A stretch of 63,629 nt of DNA, filler included, from Chiloscyllium plagiosum (lineage: Eukaryota), in NCBI RefSeq assembly GCF_004010195.1. It is 4 parts of one record of this genome, joined end to end, with 100 filler letters (N's around TTAATTAATTAA, not from the genome) between each part and the next. Parts side by side here need not be neighbours in the genome. Positions count along the whole stretch, not along the records: positions 25,554 to 55,417 come from NC_057715.1; positions 55,518 to 59,611 come from NC_057715.1; positions 59,712 to 63,629 come from NC_057715.1; 1 more part is not named here. One strand, given 5' to 3'. Positions within the stretch are counted from its first letter, which is position 1. Each line of letters begins with the position of its first letter. A program made the position numbers and the translations under genes. This document shows, one piece after another, positions 50,726 through 62,896 of the stretch. The notes beneath the pieces were generated by a model that saw nothing but the letters and a program-made list of their open reading frames with translations, was not told the DNA's origin and searched no databases.

Positions 50726-51252
50726 AGTAGATAGTTAGATTCATAACATCATACAGCACGGAAACAGACCCTTCCATCCAACTTATCCATCCCAAGCAAA
50801 TTTCCCAAAATAAACTAGTCCCACTTACTGGCATTTAGCCCATATCCCTCTAAACCTCTCCTATTCACATACCGAACCAAATTTCTTTTAAATGCTGTAA
50901 CTACATCTGCATTTATCACTTCCTCTGTCAGTTTTTTCCACACACAAACCCCTCCCTATGTGAAAATGTTGCCCCTCAAGTTCCTTTTAGTTATCTCTTC
51001 TGTCACTTTAAATATATGCCCCCATGTTTTGGACTCCCTCACCCTAGGGTAAAAGGTCTTGTCTGATCACCTTAGCTATATGCCCCTGATGATTTTATAA
51101 ACCTCTATAAACCTCATCCCCCAACCTCCTACACTCCAATGAATAAAGTCCCAACCTATCCACCTTCTCCTTATAACTCAAACCCTCCAGTCTTGGCAGT
51201 TTCCTTGTAAATCAATTCTGAGCCCTTTTCAGTTTAATAATATCCTTCCTAT

Positions 51253-51430
51253 GGTCGCGAGTCTGGTGTTGGAAAGGCACAGCAGGTCAGGCAGCATCAG
51301 AGGAGTAGGAGAATCAATGTTTCGGGCAAAAGCCCTTCATCAGGAATACTGCCTGAGAATGCTGCCTGACCTTTTCCAGCACCACACTCTCAACTCTAAT
51401 CTCCAGTATCTGCAGTCCTCACTTTTACCT
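51253..51430. mobile_element. Inverted Penelope-terminus micro-insertion (family A) inside CR1
   Basis: gcaggtcaggcagcatc..tttcgggcaaaagcccttcatcaggaat, then atgctgcctgacc..gcagtcctcactttt; AT(A/G)TCCTTCCTAT duplicated on both sides. Confidence 0.8.
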
Positions 51431-51764
51431 ATGTCCTTCCTATAGCAGGGCAATCAAAATTGTACAACGTACTCTAAAAGTGGCCTCACCAATGTCCTGT
51501 ACAAACTCAACATGACGTCCCAACTCCTTTAATCAGTGGTCTGAGCAATGAAAGCAAGCGTGCTAAATACCTTCTTGACCACTCTGTCTACCTGTGATGC
51601 AAATTTCAAAGAACTATGTACCCGAACCTGTCAGTCTCTCTGTTCTACAACACTATCCAGGATGCTACCATTAACTGGATAAGTCCTGCCCTTATTCATT
51701 TATTAAAATGCAATGCCTCACCTTATCTAAATAAAATTTCATCTGCCACTCCTCACCCAACTGT

Positions 51765-52480
51765 TTAAGATCAGGAAGTGAAGTTGAGGACATGCCCTTG
51801 GCTATATCAATGGTGTGGAGGTGGAGATTGTTGAGAGCTTCAAGTCCCTGGGAGTGACGTTCACCAACAATCTACATGTCGACATAATGATCAAGAATGC
51901 TCAACAATGCCTCTGTTTCCTCTGGATGCTAAGGAACTTCAGCATGGCCATAAAGCTCTTGCAATTTTTTTATAGATGCATCAAAGAAAGCATCCTATCT
52001 GGATGCATCGCAGTGCGGTGTAGCAACTGCTCTTCCCAAACTGAAAGAAAGTGCAGAAAATTGTGAACACAGCCCAGTCCATCACACAAGCCAGCCTTCG
52101 ATCTATTGACTTCATCTATACTTCTCCTGCCTCAGGAAAACAGCCAAACTAATCAAGGATCCCTTCACCCCAGCTCCCCCCCAACCCCATTACACTCTCT
52201 TCCACCCTCTTCCATTGGGCAGACGATTTAAGATTTGCAAACACATATGAACAGATTCAAAAATAGCTTCTTCCCTGCTGTTATCAGATTTTTGAACGGA
52301 CCTGTTTAATATTAATGTTGATCTCTCTCTGCACCTTCTCATCAGCAACGCTGTATCCTGCAATCTGCTCTGATACCCTGGTGCACTTCTATGGTACAAT
52401 CTGCCTGTATGGCACATTCAACAACATTTTTCACTGTACCTCGGTGCTCATGACAATAATAAATCAAATCAAATCAAATC
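51765..52480 (+). mobile_element. Rex1/Babar-like LINE 3' fragment with (AAATC)n tail
   Basis: INGVEVEIVESFKSLGV..IKNAQQCLCFLWMLRNF..FYRCIKESILSGCI; AATAAATCAAATCAAATCAAATC tail. Confidence 0.85.
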
Positions 52481-53394
52481 CAGTCTGAAAAAACAACTAA
52501 CCTGTGTCTCCTACTATCAAGCCAATTTTATATCCATTTGGCAAGTTGTCCCTGAATCCCATGTGCTATAACTTAAGTAATCATTGCACCATTCTGGAGC
52601 AAAAGGTATCAGATTCTTCCAGCCTTTCTAAGTATTGTGTACACATCTGGAGAGATATTAGAGGAGTGACATCTCAGGCCTTCATTTAGGGATCTCTGTT
52701 GATGTAAAGAATGGAACATCAGATGCAGTACTGTATAGAACGCATGCTGGTTCCCAGTAATGGTTTGAACATACAGAATCTTACCTTCACTCTGGCCAAT
52801 TTTAACTGCTACTTGAATTCAGAAAAGTGTTCTCCAGTTCTTGTCTAGCAGGGAAGTACAGTGAGACAGAAAAAGGTACGGGCTATTGGAAATGGAAACT
52901 TGCTTAAGCTCTTTTCACACCTTACCCCAAAATCCCCTTCAGCACAATTCAAACTCCACATGCTGCCTGAAGTCCTGAAGGGTAAGATTTCCCTGCACAG
53001 TTGCACATAGGACAGTCATTGTTGCACTGACCCTCCTTCCTCCAAATCCAGAGAACCTTTCTACCAGCATACTCCACCTGACAGCATGAGAGCAAGTCTG
53101 TGGCCTATCTCTGGCTCTGCTGGGGTCAATGAGTAGCTCCATTTAGGAATAGTAGAAAAGGGAAGATTAAATAAATGGATAATTGCTCAAGTTCATTGAC
53201 TTGCATATTTTACCCTGTGTTACAGTGTTGCATTTCTGTTTCCTGTTCATACACCATAACATTTATTTTGATATCTAATGTCCTGCCTAATTTTCTTTTG
53301 CCTGCCATCTGCTACATTGCCTCCTACCTTGTGAAGAATGCTATGTCAAGAGTTGAAGACAATGTGAAAAGGAGGACTTGCTTTTTGAGCATTT

Positions 53395-53735
53395 TGCTTG
53401 TTCATAGAATGCGGCCATCGCTGACTATATTAGCATTTATTGCCCATCCTTAATTGAGTCGGCCACATTGCTGTTGGTCTGGAGCCATATGTAGGCCAGA
53501 CCAGGTAAGGAGAGCAGATTTCCTTCCCTAAAGGACATTGGTGAATCAGATGGAATTTTATGATGATACACAGTGTTTACAAGGTCACTATTAGATAGTT
53601 CTTTTCTTCCAAATTTTAATTGAATTCAAATTTTACCATCTCCTATTGTGGGATTCGAACCCACATCCCCATCATATTAGCCAGAGGTACTGGATTGCCA
53701 GTCTAATGACTTTTCCATAATGGCACCACCTTGCC
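53395..53735 (-). mobile_element. Second tRNA-derived SINE family
   Basis: Perfect B-box GGTTCGAATCC on the minus strand (~53651-53661); shared body and tail. Confidence 0.8.
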
Positions 53736-53889
53736 CTAGTTGTGAGGTTCTTCCTCATTTCAAATTTGGCATATGTAAAACAGGCCATTGGAGACACGTC
53801 TGGCAGTCATGTGTGTGAATACCACACCAGGGTTCTTGTTCCCTTCCTCTTTCGAGGCAGAAAGCTCAGTACCTCCCTTCTCCTGGAAT

Positions 53890-54640
53890 GTCAGTCCCTG
53901 CTGCTGTATAGCATTGAGTAAGGCACAGTATACCATTGGTGTCCTTGTTGTTGGTGCACGTTGAAGGTCTCACCCTAATGTGTCCATGCTCCTGAATAGC
54001 ATCGTGAGTTTTTGCTCAGTTACAACTCTGGTGTTCATGTGGCTTCTGCCCTACCCTTTTTGGGCATCACGTACATGTCATCAATCACCTCTTTAAAAGG
54101 TGACCCCTTATCTCCAAGGAACCATCTATTAAGTCTGGTTTCAGCCATGTAGGCACCATGGCAACTCCCCAGGAACATCACATAGACATGAATGGTGAAA
54201 CTTTGCTGGTTGCAGACAAGGCGAACATTTAACAGAGTAGAGTCCCTTTCAGTTCAATAAAACTCTAAGATAATCCAGTGGAGTCTAGACTGTCAATGTG
54301 TAAAATCAATGACTCTTGGGACCTGTGGGAATCCGTCAGACTGGCAAAACAAAGGGCCCATCTGCTCCGGCTGATCTCAACATCTGAGAACAAAGGTAAA
54401 TCCTGACCTTGGCAAATATGTTGACAATCTCCAATAAGACACACTTGTGGCAGCTGGATGTGAGATTTTACAAATATCACCTGCAGACCCCTGGGAGGAG
54501 CCTGGAAGGAGTTGAAGAAATTAAGTGCAATGGTGATTCTCACTACCATAGCCATGCATGCCCATGATACTTTGGTATATTTAGCAAGAGATCTCCTTCA
54601 AAGAGGTAGGAAATATCAGTGACATTTAACAGAAGGTTTG
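53890..54640 (-). pseudogene. Decayed PIF/Harbinger (HARBI1-like) DDE transposase
   Basis: Minus strand MAMVVRITIALNFF..GDICKISH; LLNVRLVCNQQSFTIHVYVMFLGSCHGAYM..WFLGDKGSP; HMNTRVVTEQ..LFRSMDTLG*DLQRAP. These match the Harbinger motifs SxNVQxVCD, PGSxHD, WLLGDxGYP and HxxTRxxIE..RFRCLD in order. Confidence 0.8.
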
Positions 54641-55225
54641 AGTCTCCTGAGGCACCGTACAAGCCCCTGTCTTATACTGGAGCTTTTTCTCATCCCCTCT
54701 CCCCAATACATCAGTGGTTGAGAGGTTGGCTATTGCTACTGCACGTGTGGGTACTGCTGTGATTATTCATCTTGCTCCTCACTTGTGGTCCATGGTATAT
54801 CTGCATAAGCAGCTTTCAAGTTGATTTTCAAGTGGGTAACTGGAAAATATTGATCGAAGGAGATTCATTTCAAAGTAGAAGAACTGACTTTTTGAGCAGA
54901 CAAAGTGGATTATCTACTTTGCATAGATACAATCCAAAGTTGCTGTGTCCTCACTGGTTGATCTCTTGAAATTCAAATCAACATTGTAGAAGCTGCTCTT
55001 TTTCACTTTACTATCCCAGCTTCAAGAGTGATGCACCTCTGTCTCCACCTTATGTAAGAGTCAAACTAATTGCCCAATTCCCTAGAATTTCTATAAACTC
55101 CTTTACTAACATTCAATTGGACAGAATATGATTTTTTTAATTTCAGCTCTCTAGTGACTGCTGACGTTAGAATTATATCATCATACATGTCATGAACATA
55201 TGCTTTCTCATTTTACTCCAAAATG

Positions 55226-55417
55226 AGGGGACTCGATAGTTAGGGGCACAGATAGGTGGTTTTGTGGGAACGAGAGAGACTCACGTTTGGTATGTTGCCT
55301 CCCAGGTGCAAGGGTACGTGATGTCTCTGATCGTGTTTTCCGGGTCCTGGAGGGGGAGGGGGAGCAACCCGAAGTCGTGGTCCACATTGGCACCAACGAC
55401 ATAGGTAGGAGGAGCGC
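55226..55417 (+). mobile_element. CR1 ORF1 SGNH esterase fragment
   Basis: GDSIVRGTDRWFCGNERDSRLVCCLPGARVRDVSDRV..VVVHIGTNDIG (GDS and GxND blocks); ends at a gap. Confidence 0.9.
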
Positions 55418-55518
55418 NNNNNNNNNNNNNNNNNNNNNNNNNNNNNNNNNNNNNNNNNNNNTTAATTAATTAANNNNNNNNNNNNNNNNNNNNNNNNNNN
55501 NNNNNNNNNNNNNNNNNC

Positions 55519-58500
55519 ACAGAGGAAGTGCTGAACTGTCAAAGGTTCAGCACAGAGGAGGTGCTGCATTGTCACAGGGTCAGCATAGAGGAGATGCTGC
55601 ACTGTCAGAGGGTCAGCACAGAGGAAGTGTTGCATTGTCAAAGGGTTAGCACACAGGAGGTACTGTACTGTCAGAGGGTAAGCACAGGGGAGTTGGTGCA
55701 TTGTCAAGGGGTCAGCACAGAGGACGTGCTGCACTGTCAGAGGGTTAGCACAGAGGAGTTGCTGCACTGTCAGAGGGTAAGCACAGAGGAGGTGCTGAAA
55801 TGTCAGAGGGTGAGCACAGAGTAAGTGCTGAACTGTCAGAGGGTCAGCACAGAGGAGTTGCTGCTCTGTCAGAGGGTTAGCACAGAGGAGGTGCTGAAAT
55901 GTCAGAGGGTGAGCACAGAGTAAGTGCTGAACTGTCAGAGGGTCAGCACAGAGGAGGTGCTGCACTGTGAAAGGGTGAGCACAGAGGAGGTGCAGAACTG
56001 TCAGAGGGTAAGCACAGAGGAGGTGCTGAACTGTCAGTAAGTCAGAACAGTGAAGGTGCTGCATGGTCACAGGGTCAGCACAGAGGAGGTGCTGCACTGT
56101 CTTTGGGTCAGCACCGAGGAAGTGCTACACTGTCAGAGGGTAAGCGCAGAGGAGGTGCTGAACTGTCAGAGCGATAGCACTGCGGAGGTGCTGAACTGTC
56201 AGTGGGTCAGCACAGAGAAGGTGCTGCACTGTCTATGGTTCAGCACAGAGGAGGTGCTGCATTGTCACAGGGTCAGCATAGAGGAGATGCTGCACTGTCA
56301 AAGGTTCAGCACAGAGGAAGTGCTGCATTGTCACAGGGTCAGCATAGAGAAGGTGCTGCACTGTCAGAGGGTCAGCACAGAGGAGGTGTTGGATTGTCAA
56401 AGGGTTAGCACAGAGGGGGAGCTGTACTGTCAGAGGGTAAGCACAGGGGAGTTGGTGCATTGTCAAGGGGTCAGCAAAGAGGAGGTGCTGCACTGTCAGG
56501 GGGTCAGCACAGAGGAGGTGCTGAAATGTCAGAGGGTGAGCACAGAGTAAGTACTGAACTGTCAGAGGGTCAGCACAGAGGAGGTGCTGCACTGTCAAAG
56601 GGTTAGCACAAAGGAGGTGCTGAACTGTCAGAGGGTAAGGACAGAGAAGGTGCTGAACTGTCAGTAAGTCAGAACAGTGAAGGTGCTGCACTGTCAAAGG
56701 TTCAGCACAGAGTAGGTGCTGCGTTGTCACAGGGTCAGCACAGAGGTGATGTTGCACTGTCAGTGGGTCAGCACAGAGGAGGTGCTACACATCAGAGAGT
56801 CAGTATAGAGGAGGTGCTGCACTGTCAGAGAGTCAGTACAGAGGAGGTGCTGCACTGTCAAAGGGTTAGCAAAGAAGAAGTGCTGAACTGTCAGAGGGTA
56901 AGCACTGAGGAGGTGCAGCAATGTCTTTGGGTCAGCACAGAGGAGGTGCTAAACTGTCAGAGGGTAAGCGCAGAGGAGGTGCTGAACTCTCAGAGCGATA
57001 GCACAGCGGAGGTGATGAACTGTCAGTGGGTCAGCACAGAGAAGGTGCTGCACTTTCAAAGGTTTAGCACAGAGGAGGTGCTGCACTGTCAGAGGGTAAG
57101 CACAGAGGAGGTGCTGCACTGTCAGATAGTCAGCACAGAGGAGATGCTGTACTCTCAGAGATTCAGTACAGAGGAGCTGCTGCACTGTCAAAGGGGCAGT
57201 ACAGAGGAAGTGCTGTACTGTCACAGAGTCAGTACAGAGGATGTGCAGTACTGTCAGAGGGGCTGCACAGAGGAGGTGCTGAACTGTCAGAGGGTAAGCA
57301 CAGAGGAGGTGCTGAACTGACAGTGGGTCAGCACAGAGAAGTTGCTGCATTATCAGAGCGTCAGCACAGAGGAGGTGCTGCACCGTCAGAGGGTCAGCAC
57401 AGAGGAGGTGCTGCACTGGCAAAAGGCGAGCAGAGAGGAGGTGCTGCAGTTTCAGAGGTTCAGCAAGGAGGAAGGTGTTGCACTGTCACAGGGTCAGGAC
57501 TGATGAGGTGCTGCACTGTGACAGGGTCAGCACTGAGGAGGTGCTACACGTCAGAGAGTCAGTATAGAGGAGGTGCTGCACTGTCAGAGTCAGTACAGAG
57601 GAGGTGCTGTACTGTCAGAGATTCAGTACAGAGGAGGTGCTGCACTGTCAAAGGGGCAGTACAGAGGAGGTGGTGCACTGTCAGAGGGTAAGCACAGAGG
57701 AGGTGCTGCACTGTCAGAGGTTCAGCACATAGGAGGTGCTGTACTGTCAGAGATTCAGTACAGAGGAGCTGCTGCACTGTCAAAGGGGCAGTACAGAGGC
57801 AGTGCTGTACTGTCAGAGAGTCAGTACAGAGGATGTGCTGTACTGTCAGAGGGGCTGCACAGAGGAGGTGCTGAACTGTCAGAGGGTAAGCACAGACGAG
57901 TTCGTGCATTGTCAAAGGTTCAGCACAGAGGCGGTGCTGCAGTGTGAGAGGGTCAGCACACACGAGGTGCTTCACTGTCAAAGGGTTAGCACAGAGGAGG
58001 TGCTGAATTGTCAGAGGGTAAGCACAGAGTAAGTGCAGAAGTGTGAGAGGGTCAGCACAGAAGAGGTGTTGCACCATCAGAGGGTCAGCACAGAGGAGAT
58101 GCTGCTCTGTCAAAGGGTGAGCAGAGAGGATAGATTATGAGAGTGGCAAGTGTCAGAGGTTCAGCACAGAGGAGGTGCTGAAATGTCAGAGGGTGAGCAC
58201 AGAGTAAGTGCTGAACTGTCAGAGGGTCAGCACTGCGGATGTGATGAACTGTCAGTGGGTCAGCACAGAGAAGGTGCTGCACTGTCAAAGGTTCAGCACA
58301 GAGGAGGTGCTGCATTGTCACAGGGTCAGCATAGAGGAGATGCTGCACTGTCATAGGGTCAGCACAGATAGATGTTGCATTGTCAAAGGGTTAGCACAGA
58401 GGAGGTGCTGTACTGTCAGAGGGTAAGCACAGGGGAGTTGGTGCATTGTCAAGTGGTCAGCACAGAGGAGGTGCTGCACTGTCAGAGGGTTAGCACAGAG

Positions 58501-59611
58501 GAGGTGCTGAACTGTTAGAGGGTCAGCAAAGAGGAGGTGCTGAAATGTCAGAGGGTGAGCACAGAGTAAGTGCTGAACTGTCAGAGGGTCAGCAAAGAGG
58601 AGGTGCTGCACTGCCAAAGGGTTATCCAGAGGAGGTGCTGAACTGTCAGTAAGTCAGAACAGTGAAGGTGCTGCACTGTCAAAGATTCAGCACAGAGTAG
58701 GTGCTGCATTGTCACAGGGTCAGCACAGAGAAGATGCTGCACTGTCAGAGGGTCAGCACAGAGGAGATGCTGCACTGTCAGCAGGTCAGCAGAGAGTAGG
58801 TACTGCACTGTCAAAGGGTTAGCACGGAGGAGGTACTGCACTGTCAGAGGTTCAGCACTGAGGAGTTGGTGCATTATCAAAGGGTCGGCACAGAGGAGGT
58901 GCTGCACTGTCACAGGCTCAGCACAGAGGTGATGCTGCACTATCACAGGATCAGCACAGAGGTGATGCTGCACTGTCACAGGGTCAGCCCTGAGGAGGTG
59001 CTGCACTGTCAGAGAGTCAGTACAGAGGAGGTGCTGCACTGTCAGAGGGTCAGCACGGAGGAGGTGCTGTACTGTCAGAGAGTCAGCACAGAGGAGGTGC
59101 TGCATTGTCATAGGGTCAGCACAGAGGAGGTGCTGCACTGTCAAAGGTTTAGCACAGAGGAAGTGCTGAACTGTCAGTGGGTCAGCACAGAGAAGGTGCT
59201 GCACTGTCAAAGCTTCAGCACAGAGGAGGTGCTGCATTGTCACAGGGTCAGCATAGAGGAGATGCTGCACTGTCAAAGGTTCAGCACAGAGGAAGTGCTG
59301 CATTGTCACAGGGTCAGCATAGAGAAGGCGCTGAACTGTCAGAGGGTAAGCACAGAGGAGGTGCTGCACTGTCTTTGGGTCAGCACAGAGGAGGTGCTAA
59401 ACTGTCAGAGGATAAGCGCAGAGGAGGTGCTGAACTGTCAGAGCGATAGCACAGCGGAGGTGATGAACTGTCAGTGGGTCAGCACAGAGAAGGTGCTGCA
59501 CTGTCAAAGGTTCAGAACAGAGGAGGTGCTGCATTGTCACAGGGTCAGCATAGAGGAGATGCTGCACTGTCAAAGGTTCAGCACAGAGGAAGTGCTGCAT
59601 TGTCACAGGGT
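55519..59611. repeat. 33-bp satellite (consensus GTCAGCACAGAGGAGGTGCTGCACTGTCAGAGG), ~120 diverged units, filling a whole contig
   Basis: Direct tandem periodicity; the 11-codon unit gives the EEVLHCQRVST / QHLLCADPLTV ORFs. Confidence 0.97.
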
Positions 59612-59844
59612 NNNNNNNNNNNNNNNNNNNNNNNNNNNNNNNNNNNNNNNNNNNNTTAATTAATTAANNNNNNNNNNNNNNNNNNNNNNNNNNNNNNNNN
59701 NNNNNNNNNNNTACCCCTCATTGCATTAGAGCCAGTCTCAATACCAGAAACTTGGCTGCTTGTGCTACATTCCCCTGAAAATCCATCATCCCCAACATTT
59801 TCCAAAACAGCATATTTGTTTGAAATGGGTATAGTCACAGAAGA

Positions 59845-60039
59845 AGGTAAAAACAATGACTGCAGATGCTGTAAACCAGATTCTGGATTAATGATGCTGG
59901 AAGAGCACAGCAATTCAGGCAGCATCGAGGAGCTTCAGCAAAATCGACATTTCGGGCAAAAGCCCTTCATCAGGAAGGGCTTTTGCCCGAAACGTCGATT
60001 TTGCTAAAGCTCCTCGATGCTGCCTGAATTGCTGTCCCC
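59845..60039. mobile_element. Palindromic Penelope-terminus insertion, 14-bp TSD
   Basis: ATAGTCACAGAAGA at 59831-59844 and 60040-60053; arms ..aaaatcgacatttcgggcaaaagcccttc / gaagggcttttgcccgaaacgtcgatttt.. Confidence 0.92.
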
Positions 60040-60324
60040 ATAGTCACAGAAGACTCCTGCACTAACTGCCTACTTCTCTTACCCTTCCTGGAGTTAACCC
60101 ATCTATGTGACTGTATCTGTGACTTCCCCCCTTCCTATAACTGCCATCCATCACATACTGTTGCTGTTGCAAATTTCTCATCGCTTCTATCTGTCTCTCC
60201 AACCGATCTACTCGATCTGATAAGATTTGCATCCAACACCATTTATGGCAGATATAATCCGCACTAACCCTTAAACTCTCTTTAAACACCCACATCTGAC
60301 AAGAAGTACATATCACTGCAAAGG

Positions 60325-60602
60325 AGAAAGTGAGGACTGCAGATGCTGGAGATCAGAACTGAAAATGTGTTGCTGGAAAAGCGCAGCAGGTCAGGCAGCA
60401 TCCAAGAAGCAGGAGAATCGACGTTTCGGGCATTGACCCTTCTCCCGTCTCCAACACACCCCATCCACCTGGACGCCCTGTGCTGGCCTCTTACCTTCCC
60501 TCAAAATTCCTGAAGAAGGGCTCATGCCCGAAACGTCGATTGTCCTGCTCCTTGGATGCTCCTGAACTGCTGCGCTTTTCCAGCAACACATTTTCAGCAG
60601 CG
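60325..60602. mobile_element. Inverted Penelope-terminus insertion with intact hammerhead (60506-60541, +), 15-bp TSD
   Basis: ATATCACTGCAAAGG at 60310-60324 and 60603-60617; ATTC-CTGAAGA-A-GGGC-TCAT-GCCC-GAAA-CG-TC/GATT. Confidence 0.92.
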
Positions 60603-62896
60603 ATATCACTGCAAAGGCCATTTTTGCTCCTTCACAATCTACAGACCCAGGAAATAACACCGTCTTATTCCTCTACAAACACTTCCCCAGGTTAAATTAA
60701 TAGCTATGACTTATATTTTAAGTTTAATCAAGAGACTTATCTCTAAAAACATATAATCAAGAAAGAATCCACTATACTCACTACTGCAGCCTTTCTCTTG
60801 GACAGACTTAAAACAACAATTAACTTATCTGATTCTGTGCTGTGAACTTTGCCCAACAGTTCCTCCAAGATTAGTTGTGAATTTCACTGTTTGTTAATTT
60901 TTCCAGATGTACTCCGATGTCCAGCGATACACAAAATCAAACAGCAAAGGCGGTAATTGTGCAGGTTCTCTCTTTCTCTCTCTCACTCCTGCACTATCCT
61001 CACCATGTGCTTCCTTTGTCTGCTCTTCTCCCTTTTAATCTGCTGTTGTTTTGACTTTTTTTTTCCAAAGTTCCAAAGCAATGCAACAGCATATAAAACA
61101 GTAATTGCTGCTCCTGGAATTCGAGGAAATCACCTCCAACACCTAAAATACCTCAAAAAAAGGAGCAGCTCTTACAGCCAGAAAGTTTTCCCGTCCTCCA
61201 TCTTGGATTACCCAGAATCCAATTCGTGATCTGAGGATTTGAAGATCTCATATAGCATTTACCTCAGGTCACCTGAAATATGACACTCTACTGGAAACAT
61301 GCTCCTCTATAATATAATAGTTATTTGCAACACATATCTATTGGATTCTTTGATACTATAGTATCCATGCCCACTTATGTTACATAGATAACAGAAATAT
61401 TGACACGTCAAAAAAACCCCACAGAGATCTGCAGAACGGTATCAGTGTCAGCCACTTATAAAAGAGCCTACTGTCTTTCTGTCGGATATGCTGAAAACAA
61501 TTAAAGACTAACCAGACAACAGCATTGGACAACAGAGGAATCATACACAACATCAATTTCTGTGAGTACAGACAACTGTACAGATCTATATTTAGGGCAT
61601 TGATCACCAAGGAAACAGAACTGATTTATTTTTTGCATAGAATTTAAGATCTGTCAAAACAAAATAAATTGTTAAGATTGTATCAATTGAAAAAAAAGGC
61701 TTGGTGTGCTTTTGAACTGCAACCCAAAGTGCAGCACAGAATTTGGAAGAACTCCCTGTTCTTGATGGTTACTATATATGCAACATCTACAAAGTTTGTG
61801 TTTAAGGAAAGAACAAATTTACATTGATACAATGTCAGAGCCCAATGTTTTAAGGTGTTACATTCCAACATATTTATATAATAATTATATAAAATAGAAA
61901 CTTAATTATGAATTGGGCAGCATCCAATGACAAGTTTACTGAATTACAACTATTCAGCTAAATATCTATTCTATTTTACACAAAATAATAGGTGGTCCTA
62001 ACAAAGGAGATTTAACAATCTTATTTGCCATAGGCAAGGAGCTGCTTGACACAAAGGACAGATTTGTTTGTTTTTCATAAAAATCCAGGTTTGCAACGTT
62101 CTCAAAAACTAGCTGAAGATAGGAATTAATTTCAGTATTAACAGACTGAAATACAGTTTGCACCTCCACAAGTCTCCTAACCAGTTTGTTGGAAGATGTT
62201 ACAGCAAAGGGCACCAATGTGACTTCTCTGAAGACCAAATCGCAGACACATTCATTGAAATAGTCATAACCTCTGAACAATTAAAGCCTTTAGAAAGGAT
62301 ATTTTGGCCAAGAAATAGGACCATAACATTGATGGATTGTGAAAGGATGAACACAGATTTGAAGCCTGGTTAACAAAATGCTTTAGGTACAGACAAAACC
62401 AACAGTTAGCCCAAACCCAACAAGATCTGCAAGTGACGTGTTTTATTGCTCAAAAGCTGTCCGGCTTTCCTTGATGTCTTCATGTTGCATATAACATTGG
62501 GCATACATAGCTAAAATCTACTTCCAAAGATCAAGCCAGGCCCCAAAACAGAACACAGATGATAGACAAAATAGTAGAACACCATAACGTTGGTAGCAAG
62601 GCAAGTGTTGAGATGTACAAACACAAACTCATAAATCAGGATCAGATTTCAACAATTGAAATGCAACTTTCAGAAGACAATGCTTTGCATATTATTAACT
62701 TCACATGCCACATGGTCAGCTGATACCCAGACATGCTAACAGTACAAAGCTCTGTTAGTCAATATATTATTCACCCTTGTAATGTATTAATTACTCTGAA
62801 TCATGCAACCATGGTTTTATTCCTTTCCTATCAATGAATGTAAGCTGGGTGTGGTTGAGTCATGTGTGCTGTGTTTGTCTCATGGTCGCCATGATG

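Larger units (their letters stand above)
50735..52590 (-). mobile_element. CR1 LINE 3' fragment (reverse), interrupted by Penelope and Rex1 insertions
   Basis: catacagcacggaaacagacccttc is the reverse complement of the CR1 tail at 48490-48515; RT C-terminal homology continues to ~51760 and again at 52481-52590. Confidence 0.85.
59712..61217 (-). mobile_element. CR1 LINE 5' UTR + ORF1 start (same family as 42538), carrying two Penelope hairpin insertions
   Basis: Reverse complement of 42538-43285; MAFAV/ICTSCQMW..YICHKWCWMQILSDRVDRLERQIEAMRNL..IPISNKYAVLE. Confidence 0.92.

Noticed and set aside
55519..59611. CRISPR-like array (hairpin-containing ~33-bp repeats)
   Set aside because: Units are contiguous with no unique spacers, there are no cas genes, and the context is eukaryotic.
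55462..59663. Long Cys/His-periodic ORFs resembling zinc-finger or repeat proteins
   Set aside because: They are automatic readouts of a 33-bp satellite, open on both strands and broken by scattered stops and frameshifts.
61220..62830. ORFs 61966-62280 (-) and 62158-62373 (+) in unique AT-rich sequence
   Set aside because: No recognisable domain or convincing splice structure; could be UTR or intergenic.
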